From IMG/VR virus record IMGVR_UViG_3300022173_000136, positions 1 through 50,704 of that record: DNA of 50,704 nt. One strand, 5' to 3'. This DNA comes from a virus (lineage: Duplodnaviria; Caudoviricetes). The notes under the pieces were generated by a model. That model had not been told where the DNA came from, ran no database searches, and saw nothing but the letters and a program-made list of their open reading frames with translations. This document shows positions 6,774 to 16,051 of this stretch, one piece after another. Every line of letters starts with the position of its first letter. Position 1 is the stretch's first letter. The position numbers and the translations under genes are program-made.

Positions 6774-9023
6774 ATGGGCCAGCAAGTAACGAAGCAGATC
6801 ATCGTAAGCGACATCGAGCGCCGCCGGTTGCAGGGTCACATCGACGAGCAGGTCAGAGCCGCGAAGGACAACCACGAGACGAAATGCGAGCGGTTCCGCC
6901 GTTACTATCGCATGTGGCGCGGCCTGATTCAGACCAAGGGCAACCGCAAAGACGGCGCGCCGTTCCAATATCCAATGCTGAAGTGGATCGTCTTCGGACA
7001 ATGGGCGCGCGTGATGCAGGCCCTACTCGGCGACGACAAAGAAATCATCGCGCGACCCTCTGGACCGATCGAACAAGGCAAGGCGAAGAAGGTCGGCGCG
7101 TACATGACGTGGCGATTCTTCGACTACATGGAAGCCACGATTGCACTATCGACGTGGGTTTTCCGCGCGCTGATCTTCGGACGGGCTCACGCCGAAATCA
7201 TCTACGAGATGGAGACGTACTGGGAGCGCGGAAACATCGACGAAGTAGACATGGAGCAGCTCGAAGAGAACCGAGCTGGCGACATGGCCCTCGAATACAT
7301 CGACAACAAAGACGGAACCGTCGATTACGAGTGTTTGGTCTATGACGGCCCGCGAATCCGCCCGCTGTGGCCCTCGCAATTGATCGTTCCCGCGCAAGAT
7401 AGCGTTGTTGACGACGAAGACTTCGAGTGGAAATGCCGCCGCGACCGCGTCACGCCTGAGCAACTGCTCGTCGAAGAGCGCCGAGGCCGCGCCTATGGCG
7501 TCAAAGACAACTGGAACAAGATCACAGCGAGCGCCAACGAACGACAAGAGCGTGACTACCTGTGGGACCAGGAGCAGAACGACCGCGACGAGGCCGAAGG
7601 CGTGCAACATGCGTCTTTGATGGGCAATCGCGACAGCTTGGAGCGCTGGAGATGGTACGGAAAGTGGCGTTTCCTGAAGGGTAAAGCCGATGGAAGCAAG
7701 ACGAACCTCGACCGGCGGGAAGATTACGAGCGCGAAGTCGTTGTAACGTACCTTCCCGACGTTCAGCTCATCATCGGTATCGAAGACTTGCGCGCCAAGT
7801 ACCCGCGCATGCGGAAGCGTGACCCGATTCTGAGCTTGTCGAGCGTGAAAGACGGCTCGTATTGGTCGCCAGGGCTCGGCGAGCTTGTCGAGGACCTCCA
7901 GAACGAAGCGAGCGTCAATTATGCTGTGTTCCGCAAGGCTGGCATGCTCTCTATCGGCCCGATTTTGTTCTTCAAGCCGTCGAGCGGCTTCGATCCCGAC
8001 ACCTTCGAGTACAAACCAGGGCAGGCGATCCCTTCGGAAGACCCGGAAGGCGTGCGCGCTATCGAGATGAAGGCGAACCTCGAATATCCCCAGTTCATGC
8101 AGCAGGTCTTGAAGGCCCTCGCGGAGCTGGTAACGGGCGTGAGCGACCAAACACTCGGCAGAGTGAGCGACAGACCGAACGCACCGCAGACCGCGAGCGG
8201 TCAGGCGATGCTCATTCAGGAAGGAAACACGCGCGTATCGCTCGACATGAACATGTTGCGCGAAGACATCGGCAAGGCCATCAATTACGTGTGGCAGCTC
8301 GACCGCGAGTACGCTCCGCCCGAGGTATTCTTCCAAGTCACCGGCGACGACGCGCCGTTCGACGTGAATCACGGCTTCGGGAAGATGACCGCCGAGGAGC
8401 GGAATCACCCGTTCAGCTTCAGCGTGAAGTTTGCCACGTCGTTCTGGAGCCGCGAAGCGAAGAAGCAAGCGCTGATCCAGATTTACGGCCTGAGCATGCA
8501 GAATCCCATCGTGCAGACGAACCCGCGCGCGCTGTGGACTCTGCTCAATCGCATTTGGGAAGCCTACGGGGAGATGGACTTCAAGGACATCATTCCCGAG
8601 CCGCCGAGCCCGGAGGTTCCGAAGACTCCGAAGCAGGAATGGGCGCTCATGCTGAAGGGCGACGAAGTCGAAGTCAACCCGATGGACGAGGACGACGTTC
8701 ACTTGATCGACCACCGGCGACGGCTGCAAGCGTGCATGGATCAAACGCCGGAACGTCGCGATAGAGCGATGGAAGCCGGAGTCGTCGAGCACATCATGAT
8801 GCACGAACGCCAGAAGCGCCAGAAGATGCTATTGCAGAAGGTCGCGGCGCTCGCGATTCAGCAGATGCAGGCTCAAGGCGTGCTACCGCCGGGAGGACCC
8901 GGCGGAATGATGCAGCCCTCGCCGATGGGCGACGGACTGAACCCCGCAGCTCCGCCGGTTCCGGCAGCTCCGGGACCTGAAGCGCCGGTCGGACCCGCTG
9001 ACCAGGGCCTCGTGCAGCAATGA
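6774..9023 (+). CDS. Portal protein
   Basis: 749 aa after TerL; YWSPGLGELVEDLQ, ELVTGVSDQTLG, TASG motifs; Q/P-rich C-terminal extension typical of podovirus-like portals. Confidence 0.85.
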   Translation: MGQQVTKQIIVSDIERRRLQGHIDEQVRAAKDNHETKCERFRRYYRMWRGLIQTKGNRKDGAPFQYPMLKWIVFGQWARVMQALLGDDKEIIARPSGPIEQGKAKKVGAYMTWRFFDYMEATIALSTWVFRALIFGRAHAEIIYEMETYWERGNIDEVDMEQLEENRAGDMALEYIDNKDGTVDYECLVYDGPRIRPLWPSQLIVPAQDSVVDDEDFEWKCRRDRVTPEQLLVEERRGRAYGVKDNWNKITASANERQERDYLWDQEQNDRDEAEGVQHASLMGNRDSLERWRWYGKWRFLKGKADGSKTNLDRREDYEREVVVTYLPDVQLIIGIEDLRAKYPRMRKRDPILSLSSVKDGSYWSPGLGELVEDLQNEASVNYAVFRKAGMLSIGPILFFKPSSGFDPDTFEYKPGQAIPSEDPEGVRAIEMKANLEYPQFMQQVLKALAELVTGVSDQTLGRVSDRPNAPQTASGQAMLIQEGNTRVSLDMNMLREDIGKAINYVWQLDREYAPPEVFFQVTGDDAPFDVNHGFGKMTAEERNHPFSFSVKFATSFWSREAKKQALIQIYGLSMQNPIVQTNPRALWTLLNRIWEAYGEMDFKDIIPEPPSPEVPKTPKQEWALMLKGDEVEVNPMDEDDVHLIDHRRRLQACMDQTPERRDRAMEAGVVEHIMMHERQKRQKMLLQKVAALAIQQMQAQGVLPPGGPGGMMQPSPMGDGLNPAAPPVPAAPGPEAPVGPADQGLVQQ

Positions 9024-9283
9024 AGGGAAAGCGCGAGCTTGACCAAGTAGACGTTGAGGCTATCAACGCTCTCACCGCCATGCGAGGCTGGCATCTCTAC
9101 CGGCTTCGCATCGCTCACATGCTCGAAACCGCATTGCGCGAGCTGGAGCAAGACCAGGACCATGTAACGACGACCGCGACGCGCGCCAAGATCCGCACCT
9201 TGCGCGCCGTGGCCGCGATTCCTGATATTCTTCTGACTGAAGCGAAGCGCGGAGAGGCCGCGCGTCGAGAGAGTGAGGAGTGA
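9020..9283 (+). CDS. Small post-portal protein
   Basis: ATGA coupling; conserved gene position. Confidence 0.7.
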   Translation: MKGKRELDQVDVEAINALTAMRGWHLYRLRIAHMLETALRELEQDQDHVTTTATRAKIRTLRAVAAIPDILLTEAKRGEAARRESEE

Positions 9284-9285
9284 GC

Positions 9286-9408
9286 ATGTTCCCACTGAAG
9301 AAGAAGTCGGCGAAGCAGGTCAAAGCGATCAAGGCGAAGTCGAAGAAGAAGAAGTCGGCACCGGCACCGTTCGCGGCGAAAGTCGGCGCGATGATGATGA
9401 AGGCGTAA
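9286..9408 (+). CDS. 40-aa lysine-rich peptide (absent from ORF track)
   Basis: GAGGAG RBS 9275-9280; MFPLKKKSAKQVKAIKAKSKKKKSAPAPFAAKVGAMMMKA. Confidence 0.6.
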   Translation: MFPLKKKSAKQVKAIKAKSKKKKSAPAPFAAKVGAMMMKA

Positions 9409-9410
9409 CC

Positions 9411-9650
9411 ATGAAGCCATCCATCGGAAAGATTATTCACGTTCGAGCTTTAGACGGCTCTTGCGTTCCGGCTATCGTGACAAAGGTTCACGGGGACGGA
9501 GCGGTTAATGCGTGCGTATTTCGCGACCCGGAGTACGCGCTCAGTCTGCCCAATCTTCCTATCGCGATGCGGGAGACGTTGCAGGGCAGTGGTGACATGA
9601 CTCCGGGGACGTGGCACTGGCCGGAAATTGAAAAGGTTCGGGAGGACTAA
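9411..9650 (+). CDS. Hypothetical phage protein (KPSIGKIIH..PAIVTKV..GTWHWPE type)
   Basis: Recurrent small phage protein pattern; ATG 9411. Confidence 0.75.
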   Translation: MKPSIGKIIHVRALDGSCVPAIVTKVHGDGAVNACVFRDPEYALSLPNLPIAMRETLQGSGDMTPGTWHWPEIEKVRED

Positions 9651-9655
9651 CGAGT

Positions 9656-9901
9656 ATGGCTGGACTATTGGACTTCGTATTCGGCAAAGGGCCTTTGAAG
9701 AAGGCAGCAGGCGCGACGGAGGCAGCTCCGAAGGTCACGACACCGGCTGGTATCGACATGGCGGCCGAGGCCAAGAAGAACGCCATGCAGAAGGTCGGCG
9801 CGGGCGTGAAGAACTACGGCAAGGCCAAGATCGAAGAGCGCCGCAAGAAGAACCGCGAGTCGCTCCCAGGCCGTCTCGCTTCGCAGTTCATGGAGCAGTG
9901 A
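9656..9901 (+). CDS. Hypothetical basic protein
   Basis: GGAGGA RBS. Confidence 0.65.
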   Translation: MAGLLDFVFGKGPLKKAAGATEAAPKVTTPAGIDMAAEAKKNAMQKVGAGVKNYGKAKIEERRKKNRESLPGRLASQFMEQ

Positions 9902-10260
9902 TGCAGCCGATTGACCAGCAGAGAATGGCCTCGCCGATCATCATTTCGGTGCAATGCTTCTACTGCTCGAAGTGGTTCCCCGAATCGCAGCTCCGCACCA
10001 TCGGCGAATCGGTGAAGATGTGCGAAGCCTGCCAGCACAAGCATATGAAGAACATGCTGGAGTTCGAGCCTCCGCCTTACTGCCAATCGTGTTTGACGAC
10101 GACGCAGGCGCTCGCAGCGCGCGGCGACGACCGTCTCGCCGTCCACTACAAGGACGGCATCTACCAAGTTCTCTGCATGGCGTGTGATGCGGTATACGTT
10201 CAGCAGCGGAAAGACTTGTATGCACGAACCGAGTTCGGATACAAGGAAGCAAAACTCTAA
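9901..10260 (+). CDS. Zinc-finger protein (four CxxC pairs)
   Basis: CFYC, CEAC, CQSC, CMAC; TGATG coupling. Confidence 0.7.
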   Translation: MQPIDQQRMASPIIISVQCFYCSKWFPESQLRTIGESVKMCEACQHKHMKNMLEFEPPPYCQSCLTTTQALAARGDDRLAVHYKDGIYQVLCMACDAVYVQQRKDLYARTEFGYKEAKL

Positions 10261-10274
10261 GGAGAAATCACCCG

Positions 10275-11219
10275 ATGCGATTCTTTGACTACCTCCCGCG
10301 GCTGTTCGCACCCGCGGGCGAATCAGACGCCGGAGGTCCCGCAGTCATCGACGGCGGCCTTCCGCACGAACACGACAACGACGAGACGGACGACACGCGA
10401 GACGAACCGGAGCAAACGCCGGAACAGAAGCGCATCGCAGAGCTGGAAGCGCAAGTCGCGAACGAGAGGACGGAGAAGGAACGCGCGCGCCGCGACGCCG
10501 ACTACTGGGCGAACCGTGGACGCGGAGCGACCGACGAAGAAGAGGAGCTTGGCGCTCGCGTTGGCGACGATGACGAGCTATCGCCCGAGGCGAAGGAAGC
10601 GGCCGCTCTTCGCGAGAAGCTGACTCCCGAGCAGATGCTCGAAATGTTGACGACCGATGGACCGAAGGCGCTCGCGAAGCTCGGCTTCGTGACTGCCGAG
10701 CAGCTCCACCGGGAAGTACGCGCCGCTGAAGAGCGCGGAGTCCGTCGCGTCGGAGCCGAGCGCGCCGACGAACGCTACGAGCGCTTGCTGTCCGAAGAGT
10801 TCCCGGACATCATTCAAGACTCGAACCGCGTCGCGGCCGGCAAAGCTCCCGTCTCGCGACTGTTCACTCGCTCGGGAGAAATCTACCGCGAAGCCGTCGA
10901 GCTGGACCCGCAGCTCAAGGGCTCGAAGTCGCTGTTGCTCACCGCAGCGCGGCAGGCGGCCGCCGAGCTTGGCATCAAGCGCGGTACGCGCGAAGGTCCA
11001 CGGCAAGCCGAGGAACCTCGCGGCGAACGCACCGAGCGGCCCTCGCGTCGTGATCGCGTGGACGCACAGCGTCCGCCCGTGGATCGCAGCGACGGCAACG
11101 ACGAGGAGCGCGGCCCGAACGAAGACCAGCTCCACGTTGCGAAGATGTTGAGAGTGTCACCGAAGGAATTGTCCGCGCACGTGGGCGGCGGGCGTCCCGG
11201 TCGAAGGGGAGGACGATAA
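10275..11219 (+). CDS. Putative capsid scaffolding protein
   Basis: Acidic N-terminus, coiled coil, position between portal and head genes. Confidence 0.65.
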   Translation: MRFFDYLPRLFAPAGESDAGGPAVIDGGLPHEHDNDETDDTRDEPEQTPEQKRIAELEAQVANERTEKERARRDADYWANRGRGATDEEEELGARVGDDDELSPEAKEAAALREKLTPEQMLEMLTTDGPKALAKLGFVTAEQLHREVRAAEERGVRRVGAERADERYERLLSEEFPDIIQDSNRVAAGKAPVSRLFTRSGEIYREAVELDPQLKGSKSLLLTAARQAAAELGIKRGTREGPRQAEEPRGERTERPSRRDRVDAQRPPVDRSDGNDEERGPNEDQLHVAKMLRVSPKELSAHVGGGRPGRRGGR

Positions 11220-11222
11220 ACC

Positions 11223-11969
11223 ATGTCGAAGACTCAAGTCGGCGGAGGAACGAAGGCGCTTCGAGAGAGCCCGGTCATTCCCGAGTCGAAGCCACACGCA
11301 GACCCGCAGCCTCCGGCGTATGACTGGAGCCTGTTCACCATCAACGGCCAGCCGATCCCGCAAGAGCTGTGGCCGAACATGAACTACCACTTGACCGACC
11401 AAGCCTACGAGGAACGGCAGAAGGCGGCCGGCCCGAAGCCGGTTGTCACTGTGTTGCGCGACGCCGACGACAAGCGGCTCGACACGTTCAAGGACGGACT
11501 GAAGACGAACAACCTCGTGCTCGGCTCCGACCCGCTCAAGATCGCGATGGACAAGCATCTTCCTCCGGGAATGCGCGGCCTCTGGATCGGCGCGAAGAAG
11601 GCGGAAGAGGCCGGCCTCGTGCGCGGCGTGCTGGAGTTCACTCCGGTCATGATCGACGATCCCGAGAAGCCGGGGACGAAGAAGCGCGTCCAGCAAAACG
11701 GCATGTTCCTCGCGATGGTTCCCGAGGAGCACTTCAAGCAGGCCGAAGCCTTCTATCAAAACATGGCCGACGAGAAGCAGCGGCAAACGGTCGAGAAGGT
11801 CACGGAGCAGACCGAGCGCATTCTCACCGACGCCGGCATGAAGGACCTCGCGCGCAAGAAGCGCGTCGACGGTTCGTTGCTCACGGGCAACATCGAGGTC
11901 GACGACGGCGACGCAGCCGACCGCGAACTTGAATCGCTCGTGCCTCACGAAATGGCCGCAGACCTGTAG
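11223..11969 (+). CDS. Hypothetical head-module protein
   Basis: GGAGG RBS; NGMFLAMVPEE..AEAFY pattern of post-scaffold proteins. Confidence 0.7.
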   Translation: MSKTQVGGGTKALRESPVIPESKPHADPQPPAYDWSLFTINGQPIPQELWPNMNYHLTDQAYEERQKAAGPKPVVTVLRDADDKRLDTFKDGLKTNNLVLGSDPLKIAMDKHLPPGMRGLWIGAKKAEEAGLVRGVLEFTPVMIDDPEKPGTKKRVQQNGMFLAMVPEEHFKQAEAFYQNMADEKQRQTVEKVTEQTERILTDAGMKDLARKKRVDGSLLTGNIEVDDGDAADRELESLVPHEMAADL

Positions 11970-11987
11970 ACTCTTGCACTCCAACTT

Positions 11988-12023
11988 GCGGCCGTCCGGG
12001 ACTTCCCAGGCGGCCGCTTTTTT
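11988..12023 (+). terminator. Rho-independent terminator
   Basis: GCGGCCGTCCGGG-ACTT-CCCAGGCGGCCGC followed by T6. Confidence 0.85.
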
Positions 12024-12031
12024 ATTGGCGC

Positions 12032-12061
12032 TTGACACACCGTTTCGTTTCGGTGTAGTCT
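12032..12061 (+). promoter_or_regulatory. Sigma70-type promoter for head genes with an inverted repeat in the spacer
   Basis: TTGACA 12032-12037, 18 nt, TAGTCT 12056-12061; ACACCG-N8-CGGTGT at 12037-12056. Confidence 0.65.
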
Positions 12062-12067
12062 CGCAAC

Positions 12068-12190
12068 TGAGCAGCAAGGAAGTTCCGCTCGGCCGTGAAG
12101 CTCCCCGCTTCCAACTGAACTTCCGCCGGATAGCCTGATGCCGGCAACGTCTCGAAGCAAGGCAATTCTTGTTTTGGAGGCGTTACCAGC
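12068..12190 (+). ncRNA. Candidate structured 5' leader RNA that occludes the RBS
   Basis: Stems GGAAGTTC/GAACTTCC, GCCGG/CCGGC and CGTCTCGAAGCAAG/CTTGTTTTGGAGGCG, the last covering GGAGG. Confidence 0.45.
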
Positions 12191-12730
12191 ATGGCGAACA
12201 TCGACAATCCGCATGGCCTCATGCCGCTGAACCGGAACTTCAAGGGCGGAGCATCGACCCTGAGCCGGTACATCAAGCAGGCCAGCTACGCATACGCAAT
12301 TTTCAAGTGGGACCCCGTTACCCGGTTGGCCGGCTATCTGAACGGTCCCGCGAGCGGCATCACTCCGGGAACCACGAACCTGCTCGGCGTCGCCGCGCAG
12401 CATTCCCTCGCGAGTGTTCTCGCTGACGACTTCGAGGTCTACGACCAGCCCGACGCGCTGTTCGACGTGCAGGAAGACAACTCCGGCGCGGCGAACGCGG
12501 TTCAAGCCAAGATCGGCTACCTCGGCAACCTCACCACCGGAGCGGGCGGCTCCCCGACTCGCGACGTGTCCGGCGTCGAGCTGTCGGGTACTTCGATCAA
12601 CACGACGAGTTCGCTCGACGTGAAGCTGTTGAAGCTCGTTCCCGACCCGTCGAATGCGTTCGGCGCGTGGGCTCGATTCGAGGTGCTCATCAACAAGCAC
12701 TTGCTGAACCCCGGAGTGACCGCGACCTAG
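12191..12730 (+). CDS. Capsid decoration/cement protein
   Basis: MANIDNPHGLMP..VYDQPDALFDVQED..EVLINKH pattern; immediately upstream of MCP. Confidence 0.7.
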   Translation: MANIDNPHGLMPLNRNFKGGASTLSRYIKQASYAYAIFKWDPVTRLAGYLNGPASGITPGTTNLLGVAAQHSLASVLADDFEVYDQPDALFDVQEDNSGAANAVQAKIGYLGNLTTGAGGSPTRDVSGVELSGTSINTTSSLDVKLLKLVPDPSNAFGAWARFEVLINKHLLNPGVTAT

Positions 12731-12778
12731 TCGCCGGCTATCCACAAGAGAGACGACGAAAAGGAGACAACACACACC

Positions 12779-13696
12779 ATGCAAGTCACCGGCAATTACA
12801 GCGACTTCTACGGGGAGACTCTACTTCCCGGCCTTCGGGCAGTCATCGACCGCGGCTACAAGAAGCGGCCTCCGCAGTTCACGCGCATCTTCAACGTCAA
12901 CCCGTCGAGCAAGAGCATCGAGCAGTTCTCGCAGGTTTCGGGCGTTGGCCGATTCCGCGCCATCAGCCAGGGCGGGAAGATCGGTTACGACCAGCCCGTG
13001 CAGGGCTTCAAGTCGACCTTCAAGCACACGCGGTACGGCTTGGCGGTTCCGACGACCATCGACGTTGTCGAAGACGACGAGTGGCAACTCATCAACAACA
13101 TGCACCAGGACCTCGGTTGGTCTTGCGCCGAAACGCGCGAGATTGACGCAAGCTCCACGCTGAACAATGCGTTCAGCGGCTCCTACACCGGCCCGGACGG
13201 TGTCGCCCTTTGCAGCGCGTCGCACCCGCTGTACAAGATCGGCGGCGTGCAGAGCAACCTCATGGCGAGCGCCGACCTCGACATGTACAGCTTGCAGCTC
13301 GCGCTCATCGCGTTCGAGATGCAGAAGCGGCCGTCGGGCGAACTCATCCACGTTGCGCCGGCGAACCTGATTTGTCATCCGACGAATCGGTTCATCGGTA
13401 CGGCGCTGACTCGCTCGAAGGACGACCCCACCACGGCCGACCGCTCGGTGAACCCGCTCAACGGCGCAGAGGACGGCATGCCCGAACTCTTCGTCTACCG
13501 CTACCTCACCGCGCCGAACTCGTGGTTCCTCACCGCACGCCCGGACGAAACCGGCCTCGTGTGGTTCGACCGCAAGAAGCCTTACACGAAGTCGTGGACC
13601 GACGACGAGACGGAAGTCGGCGTCATCGGCATGCGGTACAAGAAGAGCCACGGCTGGAACAACTACATTGGCGTAGTTGGCAACCAGGGCACCTAA
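12779..13696 (+). CDS. Major capsid protein (HK97 fold, Mu gpT-like)
   Basis: 305 aa; GPDGVALCSASHP, YRYLTAPNSWFL, ending in IGVVGNQGT. Confidence 0.9.
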   Translation: MQVTGNYSDFYGETLLPGLRAVIDRGYKKRPPQFTRIFNVNPSSKSIEQFSQVSGVGRFRAISQGGKIGYDQPVQGFKSTFKHTRYGLAVPTTIDVVEDDEWQLINNMHQDLGWSCAETREIDASSTLNNAFSGSYTGPDGVALCSASHPLYKIGGVQSNLMASADLDMYSLQLALIAFEMQKRPSGELIHVAPANLICHPTNRFIGTALTRSKDDPTTADRSVNPLNGAEDGMPELFVYRYLTAPNSWFLTARPDETGLVWFDRKKPYTKSWTDDETEVGVIGMRYKKSHGWNNYIGVVGNQGT

Positions 13697-13803
13697 ACGC
13701 AATCAGCCAGGGGCCGCCTTCACCGGCGGCCCTCGACCTTTAACCCTTTGACTCTGGCCTAATCAGCCGTAACAAGGCTTCGAGCCTTGAGGAGAAAAAC
13801 AAC

Positions 13804-14808
13804 ATGCCCGGCTCCCACTTCCGCGCTCCCCTTTCCGTGAAACTGCTCGACGGTTCGAGCGTTACGATTGTCAATTCTGCCGGCGAAGTAACCGGCGCGA
13901 TCACGCCCGAGAGCTTCACCGCCGACCAGCTCATCACCGCTGCCTACAAGTGGCAGTTCCGCGATACCGGCATCTACATCCACTCGGCCGCGGACGGCAA
14001 AATCACCATCTCTGCCGACGGCGCGGGAGCCGACGACATCACCCTTGAGGGCGGCGTCACCATCACGAGCACGCTCGCGGTCACTGGGGCAGTCGCCCTT
14101 GCCGCGGCCGTCACGATGGCGACCAACGTCAAGATTCAGTTCCGCGATACCGGCATCTTCATCAACTCGGGCGCGGACGGCAAGCTCACCATCTCTGCCG
14201 ACGGCGCGGGCGCTGACGACATCACTCTCAGCGGAACCGTGACCCTCGACGACAACGTGACCCAGGCGACGGACAAGAAGTTCATCTTCCGTTCGACTGG
14301 CATCTACATCAACTCCCCGGCGGCCGGCAAACTTCAAATCGTTGCCGACGGCGGCGGAGCCGACGACATCACGCTATCGGGTGGCGTGACGATTAGCGGC
14401 TCCGTCGCCATGACGGGGACCTTCACGCTCACCGGCGCACTCGTCGCGAGCGTGGGAGTCCAAGCAGCGGCCGTGGCTCGCACTGCGACCGCGGACGGCA
14501 CCGGAACCGGCACCATCGCCGACAACACTTCGCACGTGACCGTGACCTCGGACGACGCGAACAAGATCATTGTTCTGCCGACCCCGACCCCCGGCCGCAA
14601 GGTGACGATCTTCGTCGGCGCGACAGGCTTCGAGCTTCGCAGCTCCGCGCCGGCGACCGTGAGCATCAATGGCGGCGCGGGAGCCTCCGCGGAAAGCGCC
14701 ATCGGCGCGAACGTCGTCGTTCACATGACCTGTGTCTCGGCGACCGCATGGACTGGATTCCAGCAGTCCTCCGACGGCACTCTCGCCGCGGTCGAGGCTG
14801 CCGCCTAG
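13804..14808 (+). CDS. Head fibre/decoration protein with three internal repeats
   Basis: FR(D/S)TGI(Y/F)I.S.A.GK..I.ADG.GADDITL three times; DNA repeat at 13954 and 14137. Confidence 0.7.
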   Translation: MPGSHFRAPLSVKLLDGSSVTIVNSAGEVTGAITPESFTADQLITAAYKWQFRDTGIYIHSAADGKITISADGAGADDITLEGGVTITSTLAVTGAVALAAAVTMATNVKIQFRDTGIFINSGADGKLTISADGAGADDITLSGTVTLDDNVTQATDKKFIFRSTGIYINSPAAGKLQIVADGGGADDITLSGGVTISGSVAMTGTFTLTGALVASVGVQAAAVARTATADGTGTGTIADNTSHVTVTSDDANKIIVLPTPTPGRKVTIFVGATGFELRSSAPATVSINGGAGASAESAIGANVVVHMTCVSATAWTGFQQSSDGTLAAVEAAA

Positions 14809-14833
14809 TCGCTCTCAGTGGTAGGATGAACCC

Positions 14834-15109
14834 ATGTCTATCACCCGAGAGTTCCTCGAAAAGAGGATCGCAAATCTAAGGGCCGAGCAAGCGAAGCATT
14901 CGCAGGCGGCCCAACAACACACGACGATGGTTCACACCCTATCGGGTGCGATCCAAGACGCAACGCACATTCTCCACGTGTTTGACGGGAAGGCTCCGAA
15001 CACCGGCGATGTTCCTTCGCAGATGCCGGGACAGGGGATGGGTCCGCAGATCGTGAAGACCGATGTAACGATGGACGCTGAAGTTCAGAGCGGCCAGAAA
15101 GCGAGCTAA
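14834..15109 (+). CDS. Small coiled-coil protein (possible fibre chaperone)
   Basis: Leaderless: TG-G-TAGGAT, 6 nt, ATG. Confidence 0.65.
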   Translation: MSITREFLEKRIANLRAEQAKHSQAAQQHTTMVHTLSGAIQDATHILHVFDGKAPNTGDVPSQMPGQGMGPQIVKTDVTMDAEVQSGQKAS

Positions 15110-15113
15110 GGTT

Positions 15114-15479
15114 ATGGCGTTTCCAGTCACGACGAACACAGTAACGATTGCGGCCAGCGCCTCGCTGTCCGGCAAGACGTTTGTCGGTCACGGCCAAGTG
15201 GTCGGCTTCGTGCTTCCGTCGGGATGGGACGCGGCAGACATTACGCTCCAAGCCAGCATCGACGGCGAGACGTTCTACAACCTGCACGACGAGACGGGCG
15301 ATACCGAAGTCACCGTTCAGGCCGGCGCGTCTCGCCATATCTGGCTCAAGACTCCGATTCGCGGCGTGCCGTGGATCAAGGTTCGCAGTGGTACCGCGGG
15401 CGCGGCTGTGAATCAAGCGGACGCCGTCGACGTGATTGTCGTCGTCTCCAAAGACCCAATGCCTTCTTTGAGGAGCTAA
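15114..15479 (+). CDS. Virion structural protein (small beta-sandwich)
   Basis: LPSGWDAADITLQASIDG..IKVRSGT pattern. Confidence 0.7.
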   Translation: MAFPVTTNTVTIAASASLSGKTFVGHGQVVGFVLPSGWDAADITLQASIDGETFYNLHDETGDTEVTVQAGASRHIWLKTPIRGVPWIKVRSGTAGAAVNQADAVDVIVVVSKDPMPSLRS

Positions 15480-15480
15480 C

Positions 15481-16035
15481 ATGCTAGGAAACATCACCCA
15501 GGCGAACCCCGGCGTCCAGTTCGAGAACGTCTACAAGTTCGAGTGCCGCGACAAGAACGGCAACTTGAAATGGACCGAGGAGATTCACAACCTCGTTCCG
15601 ACGGCCGGCTTGAACGATGTCTTGACGAAGTACCTCAAAGGCTCCAGCTACACGGCCACGTGGTACGTCGGCCTGATCGACAATAGCGGCTTCGGCGCGC
15701 TCGCAGCGACCGACACCGCGGCGAAGATCACCGCGGCGGCTCCGAACGCTCCGACCACGAACGACTGGGCGGAATTGAGCGAGTACGACGAATCCGTTCG
15801 CCAGACGCTCACGCTCGGAACCGCGGCGAGCGGCTCCATTGACAACACCGCTTCAAAGGCCGTCTTCACGATCAACGCGACCAAGACCGTGTACGGCGGC
15901 TTCATCATCTCCGACAGCACCAAGGACGGAACCTCCGGCGTGCTCTTTGGCGAAGCAGCCTTCAGCGCGGCGCGCGCCGTCGTCGACAACGACACGATTA
16001 CCGTCACGGTCACGGTCACAGCAGCAAGCGCCTAA
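15481..16035 (+). CDS. Virion structural protein
   Basis: KWTEEIHNLVPTAG..WYVGLI..AVFTINAT..VYGGF..SGVLF pattern seen in phage tail modules. Confidence 0.75.
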   Translation: MLGNITQANPGVQFENVYKFECRDKNGNLKWTEEIHNLVPTAGLNDVLTKYLKGSSYTATWYVGLIDNSGFGALAATDTAAKITAAAPNAPTTNDWAELSEYDESVRQTLTLGTAASGSIDNTASKAVFTINATKTVYGGFIISDSTKDGTSGVLFGEAAFSAARAVVDNDTITVTVTVTAASA

Positions 16036-16051
16036 GAGGAGGCCCGCATAA

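Noticed and set aside
12134-12160. Hammerhead ribozyme in the head-gene leader (CTGATG...CGAAG)
   Set aside because: The core needs CUGAnGA and GAAA, and both are mismatched here.
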